The notes under the pieces were generated by a model, which saw only the letters and a program-made list of their open reading frames with translations, had not been told where the DNA came from and searched no databases. A DNA stretch of 64,000 bases from an uncultured Bifidobacteriaceae bacterium (GTDB taxonomy: Bacteria > Bacteroidota > Bacteroidia > Chitinophagales > UBA10324): assembly GCA_964524035.1 (NCBI GenBank), contig CAZGBP010000001.1, positions 752 to 64,751 on the forward strand. The letters run 5' to 3'. Position numbers and translations under genes: made by a program. Positions 1-10,400 of the stretch are shown here, in pieces (the stretch's first letter is position 1; each line of letters begins with the position of its first letter).

Positions 1-102
1 AATTGTTATTCCCTTGTAGTGAACAATACGCTCCTGCTGCAGGTATTTCTTTAATAGTGGCCTGAGAACATGATTGGCGAAAAGGCGGGTGATGGAAAAC
101 AT
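1..102 (-). CDS. 5' end (34 codons) of an unidentified gene running off the left window edge
   Basis: ATG at 102-100 on the minus strand, frame open to position 1 (MFSITRLFANHVLRPLLKKYLQQERIVHYKGITI...). Too short to classify. Not in the ORF track because it is under 60 aa. Confidence 0.25.
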   Translation of the reverse strand, partial: MFSITRLFANHVLRPLLKKYLQQERIVHYKGITI

Positions 103-168
103 AATGGGCGATATGGTAAGATAGGTGTTATTTATCTGGTAGCAAATACTGCAACACAAACAATCATT

Positions 169-495
169 TCAAAGACGTTACTTCCTTTGTCTTAAGCAGG
201 ATTTGAAGGATTTGCAGGATGACCATGATTATCACTTAGAATAGGTACTAATAATCCTGTCCATCCTTTAATCTTTCTAATCCTGTCAAAGACGTTACTT
301 CCATTGTCTTAAGCAGGATTTGCAGGATGACCATGATTATCATTTAGAATAGGTACTAATAATCCTGTCCATCCTTTAATCTTACTAATCCTGTCAAAGA
401 CGTTACTTCCATTGTCTTAAGCAGGATTTGAAGGATTTGCAGGATGACCATGATTATCATTTAGAATAGGCTCAACCTATCCTGTCAAAGACGTT
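169..495. repeat. Tandem repeat array 1 (units 169-285, 286-393, 394-484; truncated 4th unit 485-495)
   Basis: Read directly. Each unit starts TCAAAGACGTTACTTCC(T/A)TTGTCTTAAGCAGGATTTG. Unit 2 lacks one 9-nt AGGATTTGA sub-repeat. Units 1 and 2 carry an imperfect inverted repeat AGGATGACCATGATTAT / ATAATCCTGTCCATCCT; the distal arm is missing from the shorter unit 3. Confidence 0.9.
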
Positions 496-540
496 TTTTT
501 CATGCTGCCAAATACGCTATAGTTTCTGTACCCCATCCTC

Positions 541-945
541 TTATACCGGCTTTTTCTCGATTTCGGGATTGACAAGCTTCTTGTTATACACCCTTTTGAA
601 CTCCAGGCTCCTGCCACCAAAATTTATCAGTAGTCCATTGGCTAATCCATATGCTTCTAAATAATTTATAGCTTGAGTTTTGTGTACATCTTCAAGTAAC
701 ATCACTGCTTTAATTTCCACCATTACTTTTCCTTCTACAAAAAAATCAACCCGTCTTGTTCCGATATGCTGGGCTCGGTAAAAAATGTTCATTTCCTGTT
801 CGCGGATAAACTCCAAACCCTGGTATCCAAATTCAATCGCCAATGCTCTTTGGTAAATTACCTCCTGGAATCCGCTTCCTAGTGTATTATGTACTTTCAT
901 TGCACATCCAATGATACTATGTGTGATGTCATTTATCTTGTCCAT
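541..945 (-). CDS. GxxExxY family protein (PD-(D/E)XK nuclease-like fold, PDDEXK_3-type)
   Basis: 134 aa. Has G-F-Q-E-V-I-Y (GxxExxY) in LGSGFQEVIYQRAL and a D...E-x-K-like core (RRVDFFVEGKVMVEIK). Size and motifs are typical of this multi-copy family. Confidence 0.85.
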   Translation of the reverse strand: MDKINDITHSIIGCAMKVHNTLGSGFQEVIYQRALAIEFGYQGLEFIREQEMNIFYRAQHIGTRRVDFFVEGKVMVEIKAVMLLEDVHKTQAINYLEAYGLANGLLINFGGRSLEFKRVYNKKLVNPEIEKKPV

Positions 946-1115
946 AGCTTGTTGCTTTTAATGATATCAGAATATTATACAGGCTGATCAGGATTGTGTT
1001 CCCTTTTTTGTATTGATATGATTACTCTTTTATGATAGTATATTCATTGCCTTAGCCAAAATCTGGCTGACTAACTGGCTGATCATGATGATACTTAAAA
1101 TTTGACATATAAGTT

Positions 1116-1390
1116 AATCATGTCCATCCTATTAATCCTTCCCAATCCTGCTAAATAAAAGCCTCCAATACCGTAAGAATAATATATTCAGGATTATTAA
1201 CCAATGCTTCAACATTTTCAATAATCATGTCCATCCTACTAATCCTTTCTAATCTTGTTTAAGACAAGCCGCCGATACCGCAATAACAAGTTGTTCAGTA
1301 AAAGTAACCGCTGCTTAAACTTTCAATAATCATGTCCATCCTACTAATCCTTTCTAATCTTGTTTAAGACAAGCCGCCGATACCGCATAC
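1116..1390. repeat. Tandem repeat array 2 (units starting 1116, 1223, 1328; about 107, 105 and 63 bp)
   Basis: Units start AATCATGTCCATCCTA(T/C)TAATCCTT. Units 2 and 3 are identical over about 63 nt. The core is related to array 1 (AATCCTGTCCATCCTTTAATCTTTCTAATCCTG) and has the same orientation. Confidence 0.85.
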
Positions 1391-1487
1391 ATCTATCCAA
1401 CAGGAATATTTGCCATCGATATGGTACACAATATAAATATTATATGTTGATACATGGAAGGCCATCTTTAATCAAATCCTGGTACAT

Positions 1488-3080
1488 TCAAAATCCCTCT
1501 ATCTCCGGTTGTCTGTATTTCAGCCAGAATTTTTGCACGGCTTTTATCTCATAAGGAAACCGGTACCATTCCTGTTTATAACGAATGGCTGCCAACGCCC
1601 GGATTACTTTTTTATGGGTGGAAGATAGTTTGACATCGCTTACAGTGGGGTAATAGCCATTTAGAACCGTCTCAAAATTTTTGATCTTATCAATCATGTA
1701 TGGTTTCAGCCAGGGCGTCAACGGATTTTTGCGCAGATCAAAATTCTCCCATTGTGGTGAAATCCAGTCTTCCAGCTTTTGCGGGAAACGGAATCCCTGC
1801 TCTTTCACCTGATTATACAATGCAGACCCTTCTGTAGGTACCGGCGAATAAACATAGATGATGATCTCGGTAGCAGGATTGATAGTTTTTATTTCACGGA
1901 TAAATGAAATGTCCCCATCAATTTGCCGGTTTACTTCGCTTTCCGTTTCGGCCGGAGTACCCAATACAAATGAGTATTCAGGAATGATGTCAAACTTTGC
2001 CATTCTGGAGGCAAACCTGCGTATCAGCTCACCGCTTTGTGTTCCCCCTTTGTCCATTTTTCTGAGCATGGCATCATTACCGGTTTCGGCACCAAAGAAG
2101 ATCATCCTGCAACCGGCTTCGCGCATCGCCGCAATAGAATGATCATCATATTTGTCAATCGTATCAATTCTTCCTTCACCCCACCATTGCAACTGCTCTT
2201 TCGCTATCAGGCCTGAGAATTCAACCGTGCGCTTTTCTGATACGAAGAAGTTATTATCATGAAACTCAATGGCATCGCCGCCATAGTTTTCTTTCAGGAA
2301 TTTGATGTCTTTGTAAATGTTAACAGCTGATTTCCCTTTCCATCTTGCATTGTAAATGGGAACAATGCCGCAGAAAGCACACTTGAACGGACAGCCAATG
2401 CTGGAATGGTAAGCAATTGTTTGCCTGCCGAGGTACGTTTTTCCGAGATACTTCTTTATCGGATAATACCTGTCAAGACTGTCATATGGCAGTTCGGGTA
2501 ACTCATCCTGATCATAGAGTTCATCTTTAGTTGTTTTGATAAGCTTACCGTCATTAAGATAGATCAGGTTGTTGAGTGATTGAACAGGCAAACCGTTTTC
2601 AATGTGATCCAACAGGTCCGGGAAGGTCTTATCGCCGGGGCCATACACAATATAATCCACGTATCCGGATTGCAATACCACTTCCGGTTGATTGGATGCG
2701 AAGTAACCTCCCCATATGATGTTTATCCCGGGAAACAGTGCCCTTGCTTTTTTCGAATAGGGGATAGCCTGCTTTAGTTGCGGTCCGGGCATAACAGAAA
2801 GCGCAAAGTATTTGAAATCACCTCGTGACAGATAGTTCATCAATGTCTGCCAGGCATCTTCTTCCAGGTTACCATCCACCATGGCATAGTCATACTTCCC
2901 TTCAATACTTGCAGCAATCTGCAAAATGGAGTTGGGTATCCGTGCCTTGTAACGGGTAGCTCTTGGATTAAACAGCAGAACCTTGTTTGCGGAATCGGCA
3001 CGTAACATGCCGTAATTTACTAGGTATTTCTGAATGATACCTGAACGAGATTCCGGAGAATGCACGGCCATTTCGTTCAA
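1488..3080 (-). CDS. B12-binding domain-containing radical SAM protein
   Basis: 530 aa. CxxxCxxC cluster motif in SIGCPFKCAFCG, an N-terminal Rossmann-like B12-binding-type region, and a long C-terminal extension like the DUF4070-type tails of this class. Confidence 0.85.
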   Translation of the reverse strand: MNEMAVHSPESRSGIIQKYLVNYGMLRADSANKVLLFNPRATRYKARIPNSILQIAASIEGKYDYAMVDGNLEEDAWQTLMNYLSRGDFKYFALSVMPGPQLKQAIPYSKKARALFPGINIIWGGYFASNQPEVVLQSGYVDYIVYGPGDKTFPDLLDHIENGLPVQSLNNLIYLNDGKLIKTTKDELYDQDELPELPYDSLDRYYPIKKYLGKTYLGRQTIAYHSSIGCPFKCAFCGIVPIYNARWKGKSAVNIYKDIKFLKENYGGDAIEFHDNNFFVSEKRTVEFSGLIAKEQLQWWGEGRIDTIDKYDDHSIAAMREAGCRMIFFGAETGNDAMLRKMDKGGTQSGELIRRFASRMAKFDIIPEYSFVLGTPAETESEVNRQIDGDISFIREIKTINPATEIIIYVYSPVPTEGSALYNQVKEQGFRFPQKLEDWISPQWENFDLRKNPLTPWLKPYMIDKIKNFETVLNGYYPTVSDVKLSSTHKKVIRALAAIRYKQEWYRFPYEIKAVQKFWLKYRQPEIEGF

Positions 3081-3382
3081 TACAAAGAACTGTTATCTCC
3101 CACAAATGATCGGTTGCTGCAAAATTGCCTGTGAAAAAAATAGACAGCATGCTAAGAGAAGGATGATTTCCGGCGCACTCCAAATTCCAAGCGAGATCTA
3201 CTCTTTATCAAGTGAGAACCCGTTAAACACCCATTTGATATTTATTGCAAATCCTAATTTAATACCGGTTGCATTTGCTTCCTCTCCCGGGAGGCTTACA
3301 AAAACAGTTACAGCACACTTTTACCATCAATAGCTGTCCTGCATGCAAAATTGTAACTAACTTGATCCGCCAGTAATGCACC

Positions 3383-4279
3383 ATGCTAAACCCGGTAACA
3401 AAATTTTCACATTACCTGAATACACGGAAACTGCATGCGGTGGCGATGAAATCATCAGACAGGGAGCACGTTTTCCTTTGCTCCAAAAAACATACATATG
3501 ATGTTACCCATGATCACTCCTTAATCTCGCTGAAGCCATTCGCCATTGCAGTGCATATTCCGACGGAGCATGCAAGCACCCTGCAAAATGCTGCACTCAG
3601 GATTGTAAGCGGCAGTACATTATTGGCTGAAATGCCGCTCATCTATTGCGGACTGCAAAAATGCAATGACCTTACACTTTCCATATATGAAGCAAGGCAT
3701 CCGGGCTTTCCGACAACGCTATTTTTCAGGATGTGGAATTCCTTTTTGCTTTCCCTTAAGAACATTACCAATTCGAAATCAAAAAATTTTGTAGTGCCTC
3801 CGGCTGAGTTGGTGAAGTTGTTTGTTTTTAGCCTGAAGCCAAGGCCTGTTTACTTAGTCACGCTGCTGCATCAGGATGGTTTTGATGCATTTCCTATTGA
3901 TATTGCCGGCAGGGTCAGCGAAGCGCGAATGCTTCTAAGCATTCGCAGCAGCAGTGCCGCAGTTGAGTTGATTAAGAAAACCGGAAGAATATGCGCATCA
4001 CTGATGCCGTTTGACCGGCGGGAAGAAGTTTATAGACTTGGCCGGCACCATGCGGGCGCCATAGTTCCGGAATGGCTGCTGCCGGCAGGTTTAATAGAAT
4101 CTTCGAAATGGAAGATTCCGGTTCCGTCGTTCGCGATAACGGTTCATGAGTTGCTGCTGGAATATACATTTATAAAAGGAGTGCATACACAATTTGTGTT
4201 CGGCATGGTGAACAACTATCCGCTGATGCCAGCAGATTTGCTTGCACATACTCCCTGGTTTAACCGTCATTACTTTTAG
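3383..4279 (+). CDS. Hypothetical protein (possible flavin-reductase-like split-barrel region)
   Basis: 298-aa ORF ending 26 nt upstream of the co-oriented methyltransferase. LKPRPVYLVTLLHQDGFDAFPIDIAG resembles the PRPV..V....G..N..P stretch of flavin reductase-like domains. The resemblance is weak. Confidence 0.5.
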   Translation: MLNPVTKFSHYLNTRKLHAVAMKSSDREHVFLCSKKHTYDVTHDHSLISLKPFAIAVHIPTEHASTLQNAALRIVSGSTLLAEMPLIYCGLQKCNDLTLSIYEARHPGFPTTLFFRMWNSFLLSLKNITNSKSKNFVVPPAELVKLFVFSLKPRPVYLVTLLHQDGFDAFPIDIAGRVSEARMLLSIRSSSAAVELIKKTGRICASLMPFDRREEVYRLGRHHAGAIVPEWLLPAGLIESSKWKIPVPSFAITVHELLLEYTFIKGVHTQFVFGMVNNYPLMPADLLAHTPWFNRHYF

Positions 4280-4305
4280 AATTTTTTAGCAGAACCTGAC
4301 TTACT

Positions 4306-5043
4306 ATGTTGAAGAAACTTTTCAGAATAAATACCTATCGCAGCATCAGCAGAAAACTCTTCCCATATAAGCGTTTAGCAGACGAATTTTATGATGCCCT
4401 GTATGTTTCAGTCAATGGTGCACCATTATTTGTTCCGGAGAACATCTATTGTATTGACCTGGCCATCCGTAACCTGCCAACCGATGATCCGGTAATCGAA
4501 ATCGGATCTTTTACCGGTATGTCAACCTGTATGCTCAGTCATTTCTTAGAAGTGTATCAGCGTCGCAATACCCTGTTCAATGTAGATAAATGGGAGTTTG
4601 AAGAAAAAGAGAAACTGTATTATAGCCGCGTATTGAAAGTATCGCCGGAAGTGATGAAGGAGTATATCAGGGAATCATTCATCAGGAATCTTAAACTGTG
4701 TTGCAGCTCCCGTCTTCCTGCTGCAATTGAAATGTTCTCTGATGATTTTTTTGAATGCTGGAATGAAAAAAAACCCTTGCTTGACATCTGGGGCAGAACC
4801 GTGATGCCCGGTGGTCCGATCAGTTTTGCTTACCTGGACGGAAACCATCAGTATGCATTTGTGAAGCGGGATTTCGGGAATGTAAACAAGTGGCTCGTTA
4901 AGGATGGATTTGTTTTCTTTGATGATTCAGACCCTGCTATAAAATCAGGTATACGGGATTTTGTGCAGGAAGGGAGCTGGAAAAACCAGTACGAACTGGT
5001 GGTGAAGAATCCCAATTACCTGCTGAGAAAAATCAGGAACTGA
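4306..5043 (+). CDS. Class I SAM-dependent methyltransferase (Methyltransf_24 / TylF-like)
   Basis: 245 aa. Glycine-rich SAM loop VIEIGSFTGMST, plus later AYLDGNHQY and FFDDS motifs typical of this MTase group. Confidence 0.75.
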   Translation: MLKKLFRINTYRSISRKLFPYKRLADEFYDALYVSVNGAPLFVPENIYCIDLAIRNLPTDDPVIEIGSFTGMSTCMLSHFLEVYQRRNTLFNVDKWEFEEKEKLYYSRVLKVSPEVMKEYIRESFIRNLKLCCSSRLPAAIEMFSDDFFECWNEKKPLLDIWGRTVMPGGPISFAYLDGNHQYAFVKRDFGNVNKWLVKDGFVFFDDSDPAIKSGIRDFVQEGSWKNQYELVVKNPNYLLRKIRN

Positions 5044-5055
5044 AACGGGCTGCAC

Positions 5056-6237
5056 TTAACGCAGCTTTCTTCCAATAACATAATAAGTTATTGCCTGCAA
5101 CCATTGCACCACTGCCATAGCAGTTAATACAGCATTGAAGGTATCAGGTACCAGGTAGACAAATAAAGCAATGAAGGCAGCGCTGCAGCAAATAAAAACA
5201 GAAGCAACACGAACCACCAGTTGTTGCCGATTGTCTTTGAACAGCCTGTAGATTAACGGTGAATAGTAGAAACCCGGTACAGCTATCAGCCAGGCAAGCA
5301 GAAAGGTGACCGGGCCATAGGAAAAATGATATACATATTCCAGGAGCAGTGAAATAGTGAAAACCGAAACACCACAAAACAGCATCCCTACAATCAGTAG
5401 CCGCAATGCCATCCTCCTGACGGTAGCAACCGGCATGCGGTAGATGATACGTATATAGGGAAGCAGCAGGATGGGAATAACCAGCTGTATTGCCAGTACA
5501 AAACTGATAAGTACCTGGTATTTCGCGATAGCTTCTTTGCTGAGCAGGTACGTGGCCGCCAATAAATCAATTCTTGATGCCAGCATGCCTGTGAAATAGA
5601 GCAGGAAAAATGAAAAGGCGGCGCTGATATATCCTGCATGGAAGTTTTTGAAAAACACTGGCAGCAATTCCTTCCTGAAGATGATTACGATTATTAATGT
5701 TTTGAATCCTTCTGCCACCACAAACCAGCTTAGCAGGGCAGATAATCCCGCAGGTCGAAACAGGAAGATACCACCGGCAATCAGCAGGAAACCTGCAGAT
5801 TCAAGCAGGATGCTGATACTGAAATTTCTCCTGAAAATGATAACCGGATCATAGGACTGGTAGATAAATTTCGCAGTGAGCAGGAGCGCTACCCATGTTT
5901 TCACGGTAGCCGATACAGGTAACAGAAACAACAACAGTATAACAACTAAGTAAAGAATACTCCTGGTTCCAAAACTTTCTTGCCAGGCTTTGTTTACGGA
6001 GGCAGGATCCGCACTGAAGCTGCGAATCAGGTAGTCTTTGTTGCCCCATGCCATCAGGTTTCCGGCAATACCGGCCCATACCAGCACCTGAACCAGCTCG
6101 CCCCACAAAGAAACGTTTAGTGTTCTTACAACCAGCGCCGCAATAACCACATTAAAGGCAAGAGGTATCAGGTTATAAGCAGTGCTCAGGCTAAGCAGCA
6201 GCAAGCGTTGTTTGAATTTTTTTGGAGACAACAGCAT
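5056..6237 (-). CDS. Polytopic membrane protein, oligosaccharide flippase (Wzx/MOP)-like
   Basis: 393 aa and almost entirely hydrophobic helices. The N-terminal pattern (LSTAYNLIPLAFNVVIAALVVRTLNVSLWGE) is typical of polysaccharide biosynthesis/flippase proteins. It sits next to a glycosyltransferase. Confidence 0.6.
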   Translation of the reverse strand: MLLSPKKFKQRLLLLSLSTAYNLIPLAFNVVIAALVVRTLNVSLWGELVQVLVWAGIAGNLMAWGNKDYLIRSFSADPASVNKAWQESFGTRSILYLVVILLLFLLPVSATVKTWVALLLTAKFIYQSYDPVIIFRRNFSISILLESAGFLLIAGGIFLFRPAGLSALLSWFVVAEGFKTLIIVIIFRKELLPVFFKNFHAGYISAAFSFFLLYFTGMLASRIDLLAATYLLSKEAIAKYQVLISFVLAIQLVIPILLLPYIRIIYRMPVATVRRMALRLLIVGMLFCGVSVFTISLLLEYVYHFSYGPVTFLLAWLIAVPGFYYSPLIYRLFKDNRQQLVVRVASVFICCSAAFIALFVYLVPDTFNAVLTAMAVVQWLQAITYYVIGRKLR

Positions 6238-6286
6238 ACGCTAAAAATAGTCATACAATCATGGATTCTGTTAAATACGACTGCAA

Positions 6287-7357
6287 TCAGCGAACCGGAA
6301 ACGGATGTTTGAATAACTGGTTGTAATGCATCACTGTGTGAGACATGCCAGGCAAACTAACCGGCGAAAAATCGGGTTGCGGGTGATGCAGGATTTCTCT
6401 AAGCGCATGTACCATAGCTGCTCTATGGCTGCAAACATGCACCTTCGGATGATTGCTGATTCTGCCAATATCAAAGCAAACCACATACATGCCGGCCTGG
6501 AGGGCCTCGGTAATAACAGCCGGCTGTCCTTCAAAAAAGGAGGTATGCAATAAGATCTTGGCACGTTTCATTTTTTCAATCACCGCCTCTCTTTTTAGCT
6601 GTCCATTGATGGTAACTACATCGGTTAGTCCCAGTTCACTAATCAATTGCTCCAGGTGAGCCCTTTCGCTGCCATCGCCGGCTATTTCCACATGCAGCGA
6701 TTTGAATTCGTGCTTTACTTCCGCTATAATGCGTATTGCAAGAGCTGGCTGCTTCACCGGAATTAATGACCCGGCAAACAAGACATCAATATCCCTGCGT
6801 GAAACACCTGAACCGGGTAAAACAATATGATGTACTCCCATAGGAATCACCGCCCTGGTTTTTATGCCGGAGGCTGTTTTCAGTGCTTCTTTCATCTTAT
6901 CATTAAATACTACGATGGAAACAGTTACTGCAGCAAGCCAACGCAGGTATTTGTTTTCCTTTGTAACATCCTGTCCGGCAGCAACAGCTATCAGTTGTAC
7001 GCTGCTTACTTTCGAAAATAACCATCCAATCAGTGTTGCTTCCGTAAGGAAATAGGAAAGCACTACAGCCTGCTTGTCTTGCCGGATTTGCAAGAGGTAT
7101 CGGAATACTCTCAGCCAGACAGCTATCCTGTAAATTCCACCTCTGTCTTTCCCACCTGCAGCATACACTTGCAGGTTGTGCCACCGGTATTTTTTCGATT
7201 GATGGGGATATTGAAATGTGATGATATCAATTTTTATTTCCGGAAATGAAGTTTGCCATCCCAGCACAAAATCCTGCAATGTGGAAATACAACTGGTATC
7301 CAGTTCATCTGCTGGAAAACCCGGTGTGAGTATAATCAGTTGCCGTGCTTGACGCAT
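6287..7357 (-). CDS. Glycosyltransferase, GT-B fold (GT4/GT1-like)
   Basis: Start moved to ATG at 7357 (MRQARQLIILTPGFP...). The longer track ORF overlaps the upstream gene. E-x7-E motif in FFEGQPAVITEALQAG. Confidence 0.8.
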   Translation of the reverse strand: MRQARQLIILTPGFPADELDTSCISTLQDFVLGWQTSFPEIKIDIITFQYPHQSKKYRWHNLQVYAAGGKDRGGIYRIAVWLRVFRYLLQIRQDKQAVVLSYFLTEATLIGWLFSKVSSVQLIAVAAGQDVTKENKYLRWLAAVTVSIVVFNDKMKEALKTASGIKTRAVIPMGVHHIVLPGSGVSRRDIDVLFAGSLIPVKQPALAIRIIAEVKHEFKSLHVEIAGDGSERAHLEQLISELGLTDVVTINGQLKREAVIEKMKRAKILLHTSFFEGQPAVITEALQAGMYVVCFDIGRISNHPKVHVCSHRAAMVHALREILHHPQPDFSPVSLPGMSHTVMHYNQLFKHPFPVR

Positions 7358-7485
7358 GTTAGTCGTAGTGAGAAAAGCAAATAAAGTTTTCCAATTTACG
7401 GGCAATTCCCTGCAGATGATGATGCTGCATAAAAAAACCCGTGACCAACCGGTACACGGGTTTAATTGAAAAGTTATACGGAGGC

Positions 7486-10400
7486 TTAGCGCTGCAATAA
7501 CAATGGCCTGGAAATTACCATCGCCCCGCTCTGCACCTGCACCTGGTACCAACCATCAGGTAGCGATGCTTCCAGGCTGATGTTGCCCTTGTATTTACCT
7601 CTGACCAATGCTATCTGGCGCTGTTGTACAAGTTGGCCGAGGGCATTGAAAAGCTTCAGGTCTGCATTTTCATTCAAAGAAGACTGAACGTTAACCTGTA
7701 TAGTAGTCATTCCATCACTGGGATTGGGAAATAGCACCAGGCTATTGTCATTATCAACAGGTAAGACCTGCACCGAGGTAGCGGAGTCAGGTATGAAATT
7801 TACATCCAATTGATAGGCACCTTCATCTTCATTCAGGCCTTCAACAATGATGTAGAGCACTGCCGGAACCGTACCGGCGTAGTATTCAATAGATGCATAA
7901 TTGCCTGTACAGAGCGGGCCCGCATTGTTATTGCTGGTAAGGTGGTTGCCGAATGCATCAATGAGGTGCAGGTAGGTATTAAAACCGGTCGTGGTTTCAC
8001 AGGTTGATATCTCCAGCCATCCTGAAGTATCATTAAGTGACAATTCATAAAAAACATCAGGCGACACTTGTGGCAGCGTATTGGTATAATCACTGGTCCA
8101 GCAATTATCTGACAGGTTATCCCGGATATCGGTATATGGCAGGCTTGGGATTATGATTGGGTCAGTTTCCGTATTCCCGGTAGGTACTGTTTTTACTTCT
8201 ACCATGACAGCATCTGAATACGCACTGTCTCCGGAACACGTTACCATGCACCGGTAATACGTAGTGGCCGAAACGGTAACATTGGCTGTGTTGGATACTT
8301 GTCCGGAGAGGTCTGTATAGGATGAACCATCGGGAGAAGACTGCCACTGGTATGTTTGTCCAAACCCTGTTGAAGAGCCTGTTAACATCAGGGTAATTTC
8401 GGCTGGTATCTGTGGCGTGCAGAAACTGTTATCGGACGCAGTGGCTGTTCCTGCGATTGGTGGTACCACGCAAGGCGGTACATCAACGATATTGATAACA
8501 TAATCTTCCGTTTCACCCCAATCATAGGTTCCACATGCAGGCGGGAGCGATTCTCCTTCTGCAATCACTACACGCATACCGGTTTTTCCCAGTTGTGTTG
8601 CGGCGGGAATGGTAAACACCCCATCAGGTATACTGTGAAGGTCCGTTGTAGGCCCAAAAGAGTAAACCTTTTCGTTCGCATCATAGATATTGTTTTTATT
8701 ATAGTCAATAAACACTGCAACATAAGCTTCATAGAACTGCCCGCTGCAGGCGCCATTGTCAATCTTGATCGTTACAGGAAATGTTTTATCCACGTCCAGA
8801 TTCAATGACGTATAGTCTGTATAGGTCTCACAGTTTGTGGGAGAAGAACCGGCTATCATATTGCCGATCTTAACCGTATCGATCTTTGTATCTTCCGGAT
8901 TAAGCGCATAGGATGCACAATAGCATGCATAAAATGGCTTCATATCTATAAACACCGAGTCAGCATTTGTTACGGCTCCGGTATTATCACAGGTTACTTT
9001 GCAAAGGTACCAGGTAGCTGCTGTTTGCGACTGCAGGCGGCTTGCGGAAGTTGCACCCGCAATATTTGAAAAGTCTGTACCATTTGAAGATGATTGCCAC
9101 TGATAAGAAATTCCTGAGTTATACTGGTAGTTGCTGATGGTAAGGGTAAACTGCTCGTTTGGGCAAACTGTGGCTGCTGTGGTAAGTGTGGTGCCGGGTA
9201 CCGGCGCACTGCTGCATGGTTCGGCTGCTGTAATGTTCAGCAGGTAATCTTCTGTTTCTCCGTACGTATATTCTCCGCAGGGATTAGGTACGGAATCACC
9301 TTCCTGGAGTATCACACGCATGCCGGTAATACCGGCCGGTGCTGCCGTTGGAATAATATACGAAAAAGGCGGGATGGAATTGAAGTTGGTGATCGGGCCA
9401 TAACCATACACCAGTTCCGTAGCTTTTTCATAAGTACCATTCAGGTTATAATCGATGTAAACCCCAATGTATGAATCATAGAAAAAACCACTGCAGGAGC
9501 CGTTTTCAATCTCAAAAGTTACCAATTGGCCACCGGCAATATTTCCGGGAACAGCCGTATAATCAGAATAGGATTCACACAGCGATGGTGCTGTGCTGGT
9601 GCTGATATCGGCCATTTTAAACGAATTAATTTTTGAATCGCTTATATCAGATGCATAAGAATCACAGTAACAATCATACGAAGGACTCTCATTAACAAGC
9701 ACCGGTACGGAATTGCCGCTTGCGCCGCCATTGTCGCAGGTTACAATACAGCGGTAGTAAGTTGGAATTGTTTGTGTGGCGGTATAAGTTGACCCTGTTG
9801 CACCGGTAATTATTGTCCAGGGATTGCTGCCGGTGGGTGAAGTCTGCCAGACATAGCTTAGTCCCGGTGTGGTGGGCGTATTTTGCAGTGAAAGGGTAAA
9901 GAGTTCATTTAAACAAACGCTGGCGGCAGTAGAAAGGGTGTTACCCGGGTTTGGAGTACCTGTACAATTCGGTTCAAAAGTCAATTGGATAGTAGGCCGC
10001 TTTTTTGTAAGAACGCCATTATCGGTTGGAGGTGTTAAATCATCTTCCCAGAACTCGCACCGGTTACTGGTCGTTGACGAATGGCGAAATTCTTTCGCAT
10101 CAAAATCCTCTCCGCCAAATGATCCGTAGTTGGTCTCAATAAGGATCAGCAGGTTGTTACTATTGTATGCGAATGCAGTATTGAGATTGAGGGTTACCCA
10201 ATTATTGGCACTAAGCATTCCGGCAGTAATAGTGCCTGAATAAACTATGGAGGAACCATTGGATGCAGCACTATAGGTAGTTGAAGTAAGGGAAGTGCCG
10301 GTAAATGTTTTCATCCTGATTACCACTGGAGTAACACTTGCCGGATTATTCAGGCTGTTAACAAAAAACCCGACTTTCGTAATACTGCCTCCCTGGCCTA

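Noticed and set aside
169-1390. Possible CRISPR array flanking the small ORF
   Set aside because: The units are 91-117 bp and directly abutting, with similarity along their whole length. There are no unique spacers, no 25-40-nt repeat periodicity, and no cas genes in the window.
1360-1554. 64-aa plus-strand ORF
   Set aside because: It is a translation of tandem repeat array 2 and overlaps the 3' end of the radical SAM gene. It has no coding signature.
3034-3333. 99-aa ORF next to the radical SAM gene as a possible RiPP precursor
   Set aside because: It overlaps the radical SAM N-terminus on the opposite strand. It has no leader/core-like architecture, and no other small co-oriented ORF supports a RiPP locus. 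The neighbours are glycan-type genes.
6287-7552. 421-aa version of the glycosyltransferase ORF
   Set aside because: The first 65 codons overlap the 3' end of the GEVED gene and look non-protein-like. The internal ATG at 7357 gives a normal GT N-terminus.
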